DNA of 64,000 bases from Eledone cirrhosa (GCA_964016885.1 OZ024760.1:3906001-3970000); one strand, 5' to 3'; counted from the first letter of the stretch, positions 1 to 16,716 are shown. Notes: generated by a model from the letters alone, not told the origin. A program made the numbers and translations.

Positions 1-949
1 AGAAACTATTATTCCTATCGTAAATAACTTCTCCAATCCAATTCCTTCTATAGATAACACTAGGTCACTCGTTAATAATCTCTCTAATCGCCCTGCTAAA
101 AATAAATGTCCTCTCAACAACCATTGTCTTGATAAAAACTTAATCTACGAATGTAAAGTTATAACTGACACCAATTCCTTCACCTATTTTGGCTCCACTT
201 CCATCTCCTTTAAAGCTCGTCTTTATAATCATCATTCGTCTTTTAAATACCAACTTAAAAGAACCAACACGGCTCTCTCAAAACTCATATGGTCTTTGAA
301 AGACAAAAATATTGAATATAACATCTCTTGGAAAAAAGGTTTCTTCTGCTTCTCCATACTTGAACAGTTCTCTATCCAAGACTTGCAATCTCTGTCTAAA
401 TGAAAAATTTACCATTATATCTAATTTAGATTCTATAATAAATAGACGCACTGACTTGTTTTCTCTCTGCTTGCATAAATTCCACAGAACATTCCATAAA
501 GTATATAGCTAATATCCAAAACTTTATCAATTTAGAATCCTATTCTCAAAGGCACATATATATATATATATTCTTCTTTAAAAATATACCCATCTTTCTA
601 CCTTATTTCAAAGTTATTTATTATACATTATATAATACTTGTTACTCACTCTATATCACTCCTATTTATCACTTACCTTTCTTCCTTTTCCTTTTCTTTT
701 CTTTTTATTTTAATTTCTAACCCCTAATCGGTACCTTTTCTCACTGTGCCTAACATAGAAACAATTATTACACAATACAATATATTCTTACTTTATATCA
801 CCTTGAAAAAATCCTTCGTAAACATAAACATTTTTTTGACGTTAGATTATTCATCGTCAATTCATTATTTTTTTCTCACTTTCATTTTTCATCCTATCTT
901 CTACTTTTTTCACAATATATCCTTACTTACATTACCTTTGCTATTTTTA

Positions 950-1125
950 ATAATACATATCAACATTTTCTTTCCATCGCACATATTATTAAACCCTTAA
1001 ATATTATTCTTAATACATATTAACATTTTCTTTCCATCGCACATATTATTAAACCCTTAAATATTTTTCTTAATACATATTAACAATTTCTTTTCATCGC
1101 ACATATTATTAAACCCTTCAATATA
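950..1125. repeat. 60-bp tandem repeat x3 in the PLE-A 3' UTR (also ~18165-18335)
   Basis: Unit taatacatattaacattttctttccatcgcacatattattaaacccttaaatattattct recurs at 60-bp period. Confidence 0.9.
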
Positions 1126-1469
1126 CAAACCTTAACTTTACATTATTTTTCTCTTCGTTAATTTTCAAATTCTTTTAATTTATACATTATCTTCCAACGG
1201 TTTTTCAACCTCTCTATGTAAAACAATATATCTTTCTCAGTTATAAAAGCTATCTCTCTCTCTCTATCACACATCTCTCCTCCTATCTCATCCTTCCTCA
1301 TTATACTCCTCCCCCTCCACTTTTTACTCTCATCTCCTCCTCTTTTTCATCCCCCCCCCCCTAAAAAAATGTTTCCCAATATCACACATCAATCTAAAAC
1401 TACTTTTCATATATTGATTTAAAACTGCACTATCCACAAGTGTTTTATAACCTTCATATCATGTCTTCC

Positions 1470-1540
1470 TATTTTATCTGATGAAAACACAAATGTTATT
1501 GCATGATGATATTTGTTTTTGAAATGCGCATAATAAAATA
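1470..1540 (+). ncRNA. Type I hammerhead ribozyme (family A), canonical core
   Basis: tattttat-CUGAUGA-aaacacaaat..atttgttttt-GAAA-ugcgca-UA-ataaaata; 8-bp stem I, long stem II, palindromic stem III. Confidence 0.9.
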
Positions 1541-1685
1541 CATGGAACTCTTTTAACCATCTTTTGATCTTATATATTATGTATACTCCAGTCCTACAAA
1601 CTGTAGAGTGCTTCTTATCCGATATCTGCATTGCTTTATTGTACTACAATAAAACTCACCTCCTACATATATATATATATATGTG

Positions 1686-1730
<45 letters not shown>

Positions 1731-1733
1731 GAC

Positions 1734-1770
<37 letters not shown>

Positions 1771-1771
1771 G

Positions 1772-1953
<182 letters not shown>

Positions 1954-1969
1954 CATACACACACACATA

Positions 1970-2087
<118 letters not shown>

Positions 2088-2125
2088 CATACACACATAT
2101 ATATATATATATATATATATGTATA

Positions 2126-2406
2126 TTCCGTTTAGCAAGATTATTTATCTGAAAACGTGTGTTGAAACCGATATTGTTATACTTTGGGAGGGTCATGTTG
2201 CCAATAAGAAATACACGCACCAGTTTCATTCACTTCAATTTATTATAATAAATTTATAAATTTAGGAATTTATAAATTTCCGGTTGGTTGGTTGTTTATA
2301 TATTGTCAAAGTTCTTTCGTCACACGTTCTGTGACCTCTTCAGTGACTGGGGGTTCTTTTCTTTGTTTTTGTGCCTCTCCTTTGTTCTGTCCTACACCAT
2401 CTTGTT

Positions 2407-2410
<4 letters not shown>
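2126..2410 (-). mobile_element. Solo 3'-terminal pLTR fragment of PLE family C with HHR (2304-2348)
   Basis: Reverse complement matches 24410-24720. HHR gtca-CUGAAGA-g-gtcaca..tgtgac-GAAA-gaac-UU-tgac. Flanked by (TA)n. Confidence 0.85.
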
Positions 2411-2471
<61 letters not shown>

Positions 2472-2472
2472 A

Positions 2473-4221
<1,749 letters not shown>

Positions 4222-4234
4222 ATATGTATATATG

Positions 4235-4267
<33 letters not shown>

Positions 4268-4280
4268 GTATATATATATG

Positions 4281-4311
<31 letters not shown>

Positions 4312-4312
4312 G

Positions 4313-4444
<132 letters not shown>

Positions 4445-4477
4445 AATAATGGAGCTGCGGCGCTGCAAATGGGTTAC

Positions 4478-4794
4478 ATATGAAAAAGTTTGTCCTCATC
4501 AGTGGCCTTCCAACCGTCGTAGGCATTTCGTCGCATTAAAGGCCATATACCTCAGGTTGGTGCGAGCAACGGCTAAAAAAAGTCGTTGGGACACGTAAAT
4601 AAGGGGGACGCTAGGGTAAACAAACAAAATGGTTTAAGCAAACCATTTTGTTTGTTTACCCTAACGTCCCCCTTATTTACGTGTCCCAACGACTTTTTTT
4701 AGCCGTTGCTCGCACCAACCTGAGGTATATGGCCTTTAATGCGACGAAATGCCTACGACGGTTGGAAGGCCACTGACGAGGACAAACTTTTTCA

Positions 4795-4797
<3 letters not shown>
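4478..4797. repeat. ~160-bp-arm near-perfect palindrome (spacer aagc at 4636-4639) with HHR relics
   Basis: 4478-4635 is the reverse complement of 4640-4797 with ~2 mismatches. Confidence 0.95.
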
Positions 4798-4823
<26 letters not shown>

Positions 4824-4827
<4 letters not shown>

Positions 4828-5866
4828 TTAATACAATAACAGAGATAGTTTAAAGCTAAACTCTGACTGGCAACCATCTCACTCAACAAACATTAGGTTA
4901 TATTTTAATATAATCCCAATTTAAGTGTTTGGGGTGCTTACAATATGTATTATGTGGAAAAGCCAGTTGTATTATTTTATGAGATATAATTAAAGTTAAA
5001 ATATATCTCTCTTTCCAAACAATTTTTTCATTATAAGTTTTCTACAAATTGGGAGAATATTTCCAGTTTATGTAGAAGCCTAATATACATTCATGTAAGA
5101 ATATATTTAGGTGGGCGTTTATAAATCATCAGTGGAAGCCCATTAAACTTTGATATAAGAAAAAATTCTTACCGCAGTTAAAAATCGTGTCTGTTAAGTT
5201 GCTCCCTCTCGCATCGAATGACCGCCAAATTTGAAATTCCAGCAGTTTTTGACTGAGAAAGTATTATAGCGTCACCAAGCGGGAAGGGGAGATAACTACG
5301 ATCCACGAAAGGAGGAAAAAAAATAATATACACGCGGGTTAATTAGTTTTTTCGAAAACATTATCAATCCAACGTGTTAAGAACTCAATTGAAATTTAAA
5401 AAATAAATATATGCGTGTATAAATTACACACGCACATAGATATTTTCTTAGGCTAAAATCAGAAGTTGTACCCGAATAAGAAACCGCATCTCAAAACCGT
5501 AGTAAATACGGAAAGTTTTGCTTTAAAGGGCAAATGGGAATGTAAATCTCCGGCCGAATTAAGAGTAAAATACAAAACACACGCGGGTTAATTAGTTATT
5601 ACAAAACCAATATCAATTCCTCGTGTAAAGAACTCAATTAATTAAAAAAAATAAATGTATGCATGTAATTATATACATAGGCATATATATATTTTCTTAG
5701 GGTAAAAAACAGAGAAGTTACAACCAAAAAAAACACAATATCCCATAACAGTAATAAATACGGAAAGTCAAATTTATAAGGTACCTGGAAATAAACACCT
5801 CTGGCCAATCAAGAGTAAAATATTTAATACAATAACAGAGATAGTTTAAAGCTAAACTCTGACTGT
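4824..5866. repeat. ~1-kb non-coding unit bounded by a ~45-bp direct repeat, with an internal diverged ~250-bp duplication
   Basis: atatttaatacaataacagagatagtttaaagctaaactctgactg at 4824 and 5820; cacgcgggttaattagtt at ~5331 and ~5580; embedded in (TA)n. Confidence 0.65.
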
Positions 5867-5906
5867 ATATATATATATACATATATATATAAAGCTAAAC
5901 TCTGAC

Positions 5907-5954
<48 letters not shown>

Positions 5955-5956
5955 CC

Positions 5957-5990
<34 letters not shown>

Positions 5991-6032
5991 CATATATATA
6001 TACATATATATATATATACATATATATATATA

Positions 6033-6472
6033 TGGTGGCTGCCAACTGGTTTTCAAGTACGGCCACTACTTTATATCCATGTAGGAGAACCCCTACCGAT
6101 GCGCTGAACGAGTGTGACTTTTTAGTCCAGCCAGCGACTTGAAAACTCTGGTACAAACACTACACCTGTGACAATTATTGACATATAGTTCTGGGCCCAT
6201 GGTACCATGTGACGACAAGTGCAGAGAGATATCCAGATATAAAGCAATGCCTGTGCCGTGAAGCTTTTATAGTGAGCAAAGGCACTGCACAAAGCCAGTC
6301 CCACTCTCTTAACCAAGATGATATTTACCAAAAAGAAGAACAAGTCAACATCATTGGATACCATCAGAGTTGCAGGTGTTATATCAGAGTTTTCCTTCTC
6401 CTAGAATTCTGCCTTGACAAAGGATAAGGGGTCATCTCTCCCGGTGATTTTGGATGGCCATTGACTCTAAAC
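6033..6472 (-). mobile_element. RTE-like LINE 5' UTR-type fragment
   Basis: Minus strand reads ctaggagaaggaaactctgatataacacc, which resembles RTE 5' UTRs. Homologous to 42400-42940. Confidence 0.45.
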
Positions 6473-6529
6473 TATATATATATATACACACACATATATA
6501 TATATATACATACATATATATATATGTAT

Positions 6530-6670
<141 letters not shown>

Positions 6671-6700
6671 CATATATATATACATATATATATATATATG

Positions 6701-6777
<77 letters not shown>

Positions 6778-6834
6778 GTATATATATATATGTATATATA
6801 TATATATGTATATATATATATGTATATATATATG

Positions 6835-6866
<32 letters not shown>

Positions 6867-6868
6867 GG

Positions 6869-6955
<87 letters not shown>

Positions 6956-6963
6956 ATATATAT

Positions 6964-7043
<80 letters not shown>

Positions 7044-7068
7044 ATGTATATATATATATATATATATG

Positions 7069-7111
<43 letters not shown>

Positions 7112-7148
7112 ATGTATATATATATATATATGTATGTATATATATATA

Positions 7149-7188
<40 letters not shown>

Positions 7189-7240
7189 AGTATGTATGTA
7201 TACGTACATACATATATGTATACAGACGTACAGTAGCATG

Positions 7241-7284
<44 letters not shown>

Positions 7285-7740
7285 CAGGTACACATCAGTT
7301 TAGCTAATATATGTACACATCAGTTTTCATTTTATTACAACTATATATATATATATATGTATATATATCAGTTGTACACATCAGTTTTCATTTTATTACA
7401 ACTATATATATATATGTATATATATATATGTATAAATTGAAACAAAATGAAAACGAAATTTCATTTCTCACTCTTAGTATGGCACTTACTTAAATGTAAG
7501 TATGCATGTATACGCACATACATATATGTATACAGACGTACAGTAGCATGCACATATATATATACATATACATATATACATACATATGCATACAGGTACA
7601 CATACATATATGCACGTATCAGTTTAGCGGCGCTTATTATAACGTCGCTTTGTTCGTTTGTAAACAAACTGAACAGCCTGAATTTATGCCATACGGTGTT
7701 AAGGCAACCACGTCACCTTTTTGTTCAACACTGACACAGG

Positions 7741-7785
7741 AACGATGTACTAGTTTCAAGCTTGTTAGCTATCATCAGCACCGTT
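7741..7785 (-). ncRNA. Type I hammerhead ribozyme (family G)
   Basis: rc: aacggtg-CUGAUGA-tagctaacaagctt-GAAA-ctag-UA-catcgtt. Confidence 0.9.
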
Positions 7786-8212
7786 TACCCATCTGCCAGA
7801 TAGTTGAACGTTCGAAAGTATATACTTTCCTTATGAAAATTAACGGCTGAGCAGCCTAATTTGCATATTGAGTGAGTGAAATCGGTCAGGCATACCGAAA
7901 ACGATAAATTGAAACAGAATGAAAACGAAATTTCATTTCTCACTCTTAGTATGGCACTTACTTAAATGTAAGTATGCATGTATACGCACATACATATATG
8001 TATACAGACGTACAGTAGCATGCACATATATATATACATATACATATATACATACATATGCATACAGGTACACATACATATATGCACGTATCAGTTTAGC
8101 GGCGCTTATTAAAACGTCGCTTTGTTCGTTTGTAAACAAACTGAACAGCCTGAATTTATGCCATACGGTGTTAAGGCAACCACGTCACCTTTTTGTTCAA
8201 CACTGACACAGG

Positions 8213-8257
8213 AACGATGTACTAGTTTCAAGCTTGTTAGCTATCATCAGCACCGTT
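8213..8257 (-). ncRNA. Type I hammerhead ribozyme (family G)
   Basis: Identical to 7741-7785, 472 bp away. Confidence 0.9.
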
Positions 8258-8696
8258 TACCCATCTGCCAGATAGTTGAACGTTCGAAAGTATATACTTT
8301 CCTTATGAAAATTAACGGCTGAGCAGCCTAATTTGCATATTGAGTGAGTGAAATCGGTCAGGCGACGTTATAATAAGCGCCGCTAAACTGATACGTGCAT
8401 ATATGTATGTGTACCTGTATGCATATGTATGTATATATGTATATGTATATATATATGTGCATGCTACTGTACGTCTGTATACATATATGTATGTGCGTAT
8501 ACATGCATACTTACATTTAAGTAAGTGCCATACTAAGAGTGAGAAATGAAATTTCGTTTTCATTTTGTTTCAATTTATCGTTTTCGGTATGCCTGACCGA
8601 TTTCACTCACTCAATATGCAAATTAGGCTGCTCAGCCGTTAATTTTCATAAGGAAAGTATATACTTTCGAACGTTCAACTATCTGGCAGATGGGTA

Positions 8697-8741
8697 AACG
8701 GTGCTGATGATAGCTAACAAGCTTGAAACTAGTACATCGTT
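8697..8741 (+). ncRNA. Type I hammerhead ribozyme (family G)
   Basis: aacggtg-CUGAUGA-tagctaacaagctt-GAAA-ctag-UA-catcgtt. Confidence 0.9.
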
Positions 8742-8999
8742 CCTGTGTCAGTGTTGAACAAAAAGGTGACGTGGTTGCCTTAACACCGTATGGCATAAAT
8801 TCAGGCTGTTCAGTTTGTTTACAAACGAACAAAGCGACGTTATAATAAGCGCCGCTAAACTGATACGTGCATATATGTATGTGTACCTGTATGCATATGT
8901 ATGTATATATGTATATGTATATATATATGTGCATGCTACTGTACGTCTGTATACATATATGTATGTGCGTATACATGCATACTTACATATATATGTATA

Positions 9000-9032
<33 letters not shown>

Positions 9033-9217
9033 GTATATATATATGTATATATATATGTATATATATATATATATTTATATTAGAAAGTGAGGTTTTTTTT
9101 TACAAAATGAAAAATAACCGAGGTGTCCTACACGAGTGAAAGTATAAAGAAAACGAGATGAAATCGAAAATGCAACTGGAGTCTTATTTTTTAAAAAATA
9201 TATATATTTATTTGGTT

Positions 9218-9255
9218 CCTTTACCGGTTTCGCAGTTCTTCTGCTTTTCAAAAGG
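9218..9255 (-). ncRNA. Minimal HHR variant with U3-A8 core (family H)
   Basis: rc: cctt-UUGAAAA-gcag-aagaa-ctgc-GAAA-ccgg-UA-aagg. Confidence 0.75.
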
Positions 9256-9767
9256 TGAGTTGAGATGGAGGGTCTGTGGTTTTTCTCACATCTGGTTGGT
9301 CTCTGAATGTTACTTGTTTTATATGGAAAAAGTGGCTCGAAATGCCAGGTTCTTCGAGAAGTAATTTGATTGGTTTGTCAATAATTATAATAAATTTCGC
9401 GCCAGTTCGCGTTACAATAGTTCTTCAAATAAGAGGGGGGGGGTGTCACAGGTTGTTTTTTCATATATGAGTGTTTGAATTTCTTTTTACTTGAAAAAAG
9501 GAGGCTCACGAAGGCTTTTTTTTGGTTGGTTATAAATGAAATTATGGCTGTCACGTGAACAAGTTTTCATTAAATTTTTGTGCCCTTATTTGGAAATCCA
9601 TTCTGTAGCCTTTTTAGAGAATTTTTTGATAAGTGAAAGATAATGGTCAAGAGAAAGGGATGGGAGAATTGTTCTGGTTCAGTGAATATGGTTAGTTCGC
9701 TGGGGTGTCAGAAATCAGATTTTCTATTGAAGTGAAGATATGTATGTTTATTTGTGTGCTTATGTGT

Positions 9768-9846
<79 letters not shown>

Positions 9847-10315
9847 GGAAGATGATTCTATTAGTAGAAATGGGGGAGGGAGTTGTGTGTGTGTGTGTAT
9901 ATGGATGTTATGTGTGTGTGTGCGAGTATGTTAAGAGGGAGAGAATATATATTTTGTGTGTGTGTATATATATGTGTGTAGGAAAGTGGTTCTATTAGTA
10001 GAAATGGGGAGGGAGTTGTGGGTGTGGGCGTTGTTATGTGTGTGTATGGGTGTTATGTGTGTGGGAGTATGGTTAGCATGTTAAGATGAAGAGAATATAT
10101 ATATATATATATATTGTGTGTGCGTGTGTGTGTAGGAAAGTGATTCCTTTAGTAGGAATATTTTTGAATGAACATATTTTCCTTACTTATTCGTATTTGC
10201 TGTTGTATTGTCAGTGCAAACGTATGTTAAGGTTTATTTAGTTCGGGTTTTTATTTTCTAAAGTAGAAGGTGTTATGTGTGTGTATGTCATATTATGGTG
10301 TTGACATAATGTATA

Positions 10316-12650
10316 TTAAACCATATTTAATGTTGGTCTATATTTTTGAATAAACATATTTTCCTTATTTATTTGCATTTGTTCTGTTGTATTGTTAGCG
10401 CAAAGGTAAAATGGGAAGACTTGGAATTTGGGTGTCTTATTACTTGCGCAAATGTCTAGATGTGCACTTAGTGGTATCTGTCTCGTGGTTGGATCTCGTA
10501 ATTGTTGGCGATGAACTGTCATTCTGTTTCTGAGTGAGTTTAGTTTGTCCTATATAATCTTCATTGCATCCTTTACATTTAATGGCATAAATTAGATTTT
10601 CTGATGAGCAAGTGGAGTGATTTTTTACAGTAAAATTTTGTCCTGATTTAAATGTATACGTGTTGCCTTCAATGAGGTGAGTGCAGGTTCCACAATTAGA
10701 GCGACCACATTTTTTGATACTTGGTTGTGGGTTTGTGGTAGTTAATTTGGCATTGGTGAGTAATGTTTTCAGTGATTTTGGTTGTCTTTTGCTTTTGATT
10801 ATTTTGTGTGTTTCAAGGGCTTTTTTCATTCTTGGGTTTTGTTTTAGTAGTGGGATGTTATTGTGAATAGTGTTGTAAGCTTCCGCATTTCTTGGGTTGT
10901 GTGTTGAGATATATGATAGAATATTGGACGTACCTTGAATTTGTTTCTGTTTCCGTAATTCATCAAGGCCTATTGCTTTAGCCCTTTCTATTCCATTATT
11001 TATTAGTAATAGTGGGTACTCTCTCTCGAGTAGAATTTCCTTTAATTCTTGAAGTTTTTTATTTCGTGTTTCATAATTGGAGACAATTGTGCAAATTCTT
11101 CTTGCTAGGTTAAAAGGAATGTTCGTCTTCGTGTGCTTTGGATGGTTGGAGGTGAATAGCAGATATTGTTTGGAATCTGTTGGTTTGTAGTGTATGTCAG
11201 TTTCGATATTTGTGTCTTTTTTTAAGATTAAGATGTCCAGAAATGGGAGTTGATCTTGGCTGTATTCCATTGTGAATTGGATGTGGTTATTGATGCCGTT
11301 TATTAAGTTTTTGAAATCCTTCAGTGTGGAGACAATTGTGCAAATTCTTCTTGCTAGGTTAAAAGGAATGTTCGGGAATGTGTGGGACCAAAGAATGAGG
11401 CAATCATCCAAGTAGCGTTTCCAATTCTCTGATAAATATTTGTGGAAGTTCAATCCGTATTTTGATTTGGACTGTTCATATATCTGGACTTCTAAGTTGG
11501 CATAAGTTGGAGCGGCTTTTGTACCCATCGCAGTCCCCGATATTTGCTTGTAAGTATTGCCATCGAAATCAAAAAAGTTGTTCTGTAGGATGAATTTTAA
11601 TCCCTCGGTGATGAAGCTTTTTTCTATTCTGTCAGGTATCTCATTTGGATATTTCTCTAGCCAGAATCCTATTGCTTCTAGTCCGTATTGGTGTGGGATC
11701 GTTGTGTAGAGATTCACTACATCGAAAGACACAATAATAGTGTCGTTGTTGACATGTTTGGGGAGGTGGTTTAAGAGGTCCAGATCGTCTCTTACAAGGC
11801 TTGGTATGTGTTTCAGTATTGGTTTCAGTAGTATGTCTATAAAGTTGCTCAATCTGTGTGTTTCACATTGTGGGCCCGCTACAATTGGTCTTAATTTAAG
11901 GTCTGTGGGGTATTGTGTGTTCACGCAGGCTGAGGTGGATTGTTTACAGGCATCGTTGATTATTTTACACTTGTGGATCTTCGGAAGTCCGTAAAGGTTG
12001 CTGGTTTTGTATTCAAAATTTGTTAAATAATCGCGTTCCTTTTTAGTTAGGTCTTCCTGGTATCGATAAATCAGTGTGTTTAATTTGGTCATTATTTTTG
12101 ATTGCTGGTAGTTTTTTACTCTTTCATAGTAATTAGTATTTTGTAAGAGAGAGAACATAGAATTTTTATATTTTTCAGCCTCCATAATGACAACAGTACT
12201 TCCATTGTCCGCTTCCTTAATTATAATATCCGTATTGTTTTTTAGTTCATGTATAATCTCCCATTCCCTTCGACTCGTGTTGGATTTGGGTTTAGGTTAC
12301 GGTAGTTCATGGTATGGGAAGGTAGCTATTTGGTCACAAAATTTGTCCAGAACTCTGTTTCTACCTTTTGTTGGGTTGTAGCTGCTTTTATTCCGTACAA
12401 TTGATTCGTCGTTATTCTCCTTATCAAAGAATTCCTCTGTGAGACGTAATTTTCTACAGAAGTGTGAGATATCGTCATTTATCTCGTTGGGGTTAGGGTA
12501 TTGTGGTGTTGGTGTGAATTTCAGACCTTTGGAGATAATTTTTACTTGTTGGGCTGAGAGGTTTGTATTTGAAATGTTAATTATTTTCGGTTTTTCAAAA
12601 TCGGTTTGTGCCACCGGGTGTCGTGAGTCCTGTAGCCTTGGTCTAAAAAA
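10316..12650 (-). pseudogene. PLE reverse transcriptase + GIY-YIG endonuclease (a few stops/frameshifts)
   Basis: KGLKFTPTP, YGLPKIHK, LRPIVAG, SFDVVNLYT, GTAMGTKAAPTYANL, KRYLDD, CGRSNCGTC linker, LIYAIKC..YIGQT. Confidence 0.95.
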
Positions 12651-13749
12651 TGATTTTTCTGGAATGTTTTTTCAATGGTATTATTATATCTAATGGTATT
12701 TCCCCTGTTGTTGTGTGGTCTTGTATAGAAGTTTCGGACGTATTGAGGTTCGGTTTGTTGTGGGTTGGGATCTACGGTTTTGGAACAGGCTCTGTGTGGG
12801 CAGGGGTCTACGGTTTTGGAATAGGTTTTGTGTGGGTTGTGATCTGCGGATCAGGTCCTGCCTTGTGTTCGGGGATCTTTGGTTTTGTTAGTAGAGTTAT
12901 AGTTTTGTCTATGGTTTCTGGGATTATCGTTATAGTTTTGCTGGGGGTATGTTGGACGTTTTGTTACTTTTTTTGTTATTTGTTGTGCATGTGGTGTGTG
13001 AGTTTTAGTTTGTTTTAAAAATGGGTTACCTGTATGTTGTTCATTTTTGAAGTCCATTTCGTAGTTGTTGAACCAGGTGGCGTTTTTTCCTATCGCTGGA
13101 GGGATGTTAGTTCTTCATCCTCACAGTTTTCTTTCCAAAGTTTTAGGTTTTTTTTGTAGAGTAGGCCTTCAGAGTGCTTTGAGATTTCTGTGTCCATCTG
13201 TTGGTCGAGTGACTTGAATTATTCTTCGTTGGAGTTGGCTCTTAATCGCAACAGTTCTATTTCTGTTTAAAATTTTTCCAATGCCATCTTTTCCCTAAGT
13301 CTTTGTTGGTTTTCTGGTTCATTCGGGATGGGTTTTATTTGGAGTTTTTTGGGGAGGATGATTGGGGTAGAGTTTAGCCACTTTTCATATATGTCTGCCT
13401 TGCCGTTATTTTTTAGGAGATTCCAAAGGGCGAATTTGCGGGCTGTGAGCTTTTGAGTCCATATGTTGATTAGGGTGTTTTTCACTGAGTGGACATCTCG
13501 TAGATTGGGTTCTAACGGTTGTTCCAGCTTTTGGAGCATTGCTGTTTCAATGGTTTCGATTAGCTTAGTTAATACTGGAGTAATATTTGTCTCTTGGGTA
13601 TTTTCTGTTTCTTCGTGGGGTCCTTTTTTATAGATGTGTATTTGGTCCACTTTGTTGGTCAAAATTGAGAGTTTAGAGGAAATCTCTTTGAGTTCATTTA
13701 AGATGTCCTGGTTCAGTGAGTTGTTGTTTTGTTGAGACTTTGGTGGCAT
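12579..13749 (-). pseudogene. PLE-H ORF1, coiled-coil-like N-terminus, degenerate
   Basis: MPPKSQ..ILNELKEISSKLSILTNKVDQIH heptads; continues through stops and one frameshift to ..QKNHFL, overlapping the RT frame. Confidence 0.65.
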
Positions 13750-14060
13750 TTTCGGTCTTCGTGTGGTGGGTATATATTAGAAAGTGAGGTTTTTTTTACA
13801 AAATGAAAAATAACCGAGGTGTCCTACACGAGTGAAAGTATAAAGAAAAAGAGATGAAATCGAAAATGCAACTGGAGTCTTATTTTTTTAAAGAACTATT
13901 GTAACGCGAACTGGCGCGAAATTTATTATAATTATTGACAAACCAATCAAATTACTTCTCGAAAAACCTGGCATTTCGAGCCACTTTTTCCATATAAAAC
14001 AAGTAACATTCAGAGACCAACCAGATGTGAGAAAAATCACAGACCCTCCATCTCAATTCA

Positions 14061-14098
14061 CCTTTTGAAAAGCAGAAGAACTGCGAAACCGGTAAAGG
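14061..14098 (+). ncRNA. Minimal HHR variant with U3-A8 core (family H, inverted pLTR)
   Basis: cctt-UUGAAAA-gcag..ctgc-GAAA-ccgg-UA-aagg. Confidence 0.75.
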
Positions 14099-14167
14099 AA
14101 CCAAATCAATATATATATTTTTTAAAAAAATAAGACTCCAGTTGCATTTTCGATTTCATCTCTTTAT

Positions 14168-14287
<120 letters not shown>

Positions 14288-14289
14288 TT

Positions 14290-16684
<2,395 letters not shown>

Positions 16685-16716
16685 ATATATATATATGTAT
16701 ATATATACATGTATAT

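Larger units (their letters stand above)
1..1670 (+). mobile_element. PLE family A, 3' fragment (degenerate GIY-YIG end, long 3' UTR/pLTR, HHR, terminal module B)
   Basis: Frame reads KCPLNNHCLDKNLIYECKV..YFGST..SFKARLYNHHSSF then CNLCLNEKF (GIY-YIG with Cys linker, frameshifted). Close paralog at 16895-18795. HHR at 1470-1540. Confidence 0.85.
7183..8988. mobile_element. Non-coding 472-bp tandem units each with an HHR, arranged head-to-head (retrozyme-like / non-autonomous PLE, family G)
   Basis: 472-bp period (7447/7919; 8364/8836); inversion junction ~8362; no meaningful ORF. Confidence 0.85.
9075..14165 (-). mobile_element. Near full-length Neptune-like PLE (family H): ORF1 + RT-GIY-YIG, 3' pLTR, upstream direct pLTR end (13775-13895) and inverted pLTR (13896-14165)
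   Basis: 13775-13895 repeats 9075-9200; 13896-14165 is the inverse of ~9155-9420; RT and EN motifs present. Confidence 0.92.

Noticed and set aside
12650-13018. Hydrophobic antisense ORFs (also 21036-21497, 51619-51999, 56330-56878) as membrane proteins
   Set aside because: Shadows of A/C-rich sense strands of the retroelements
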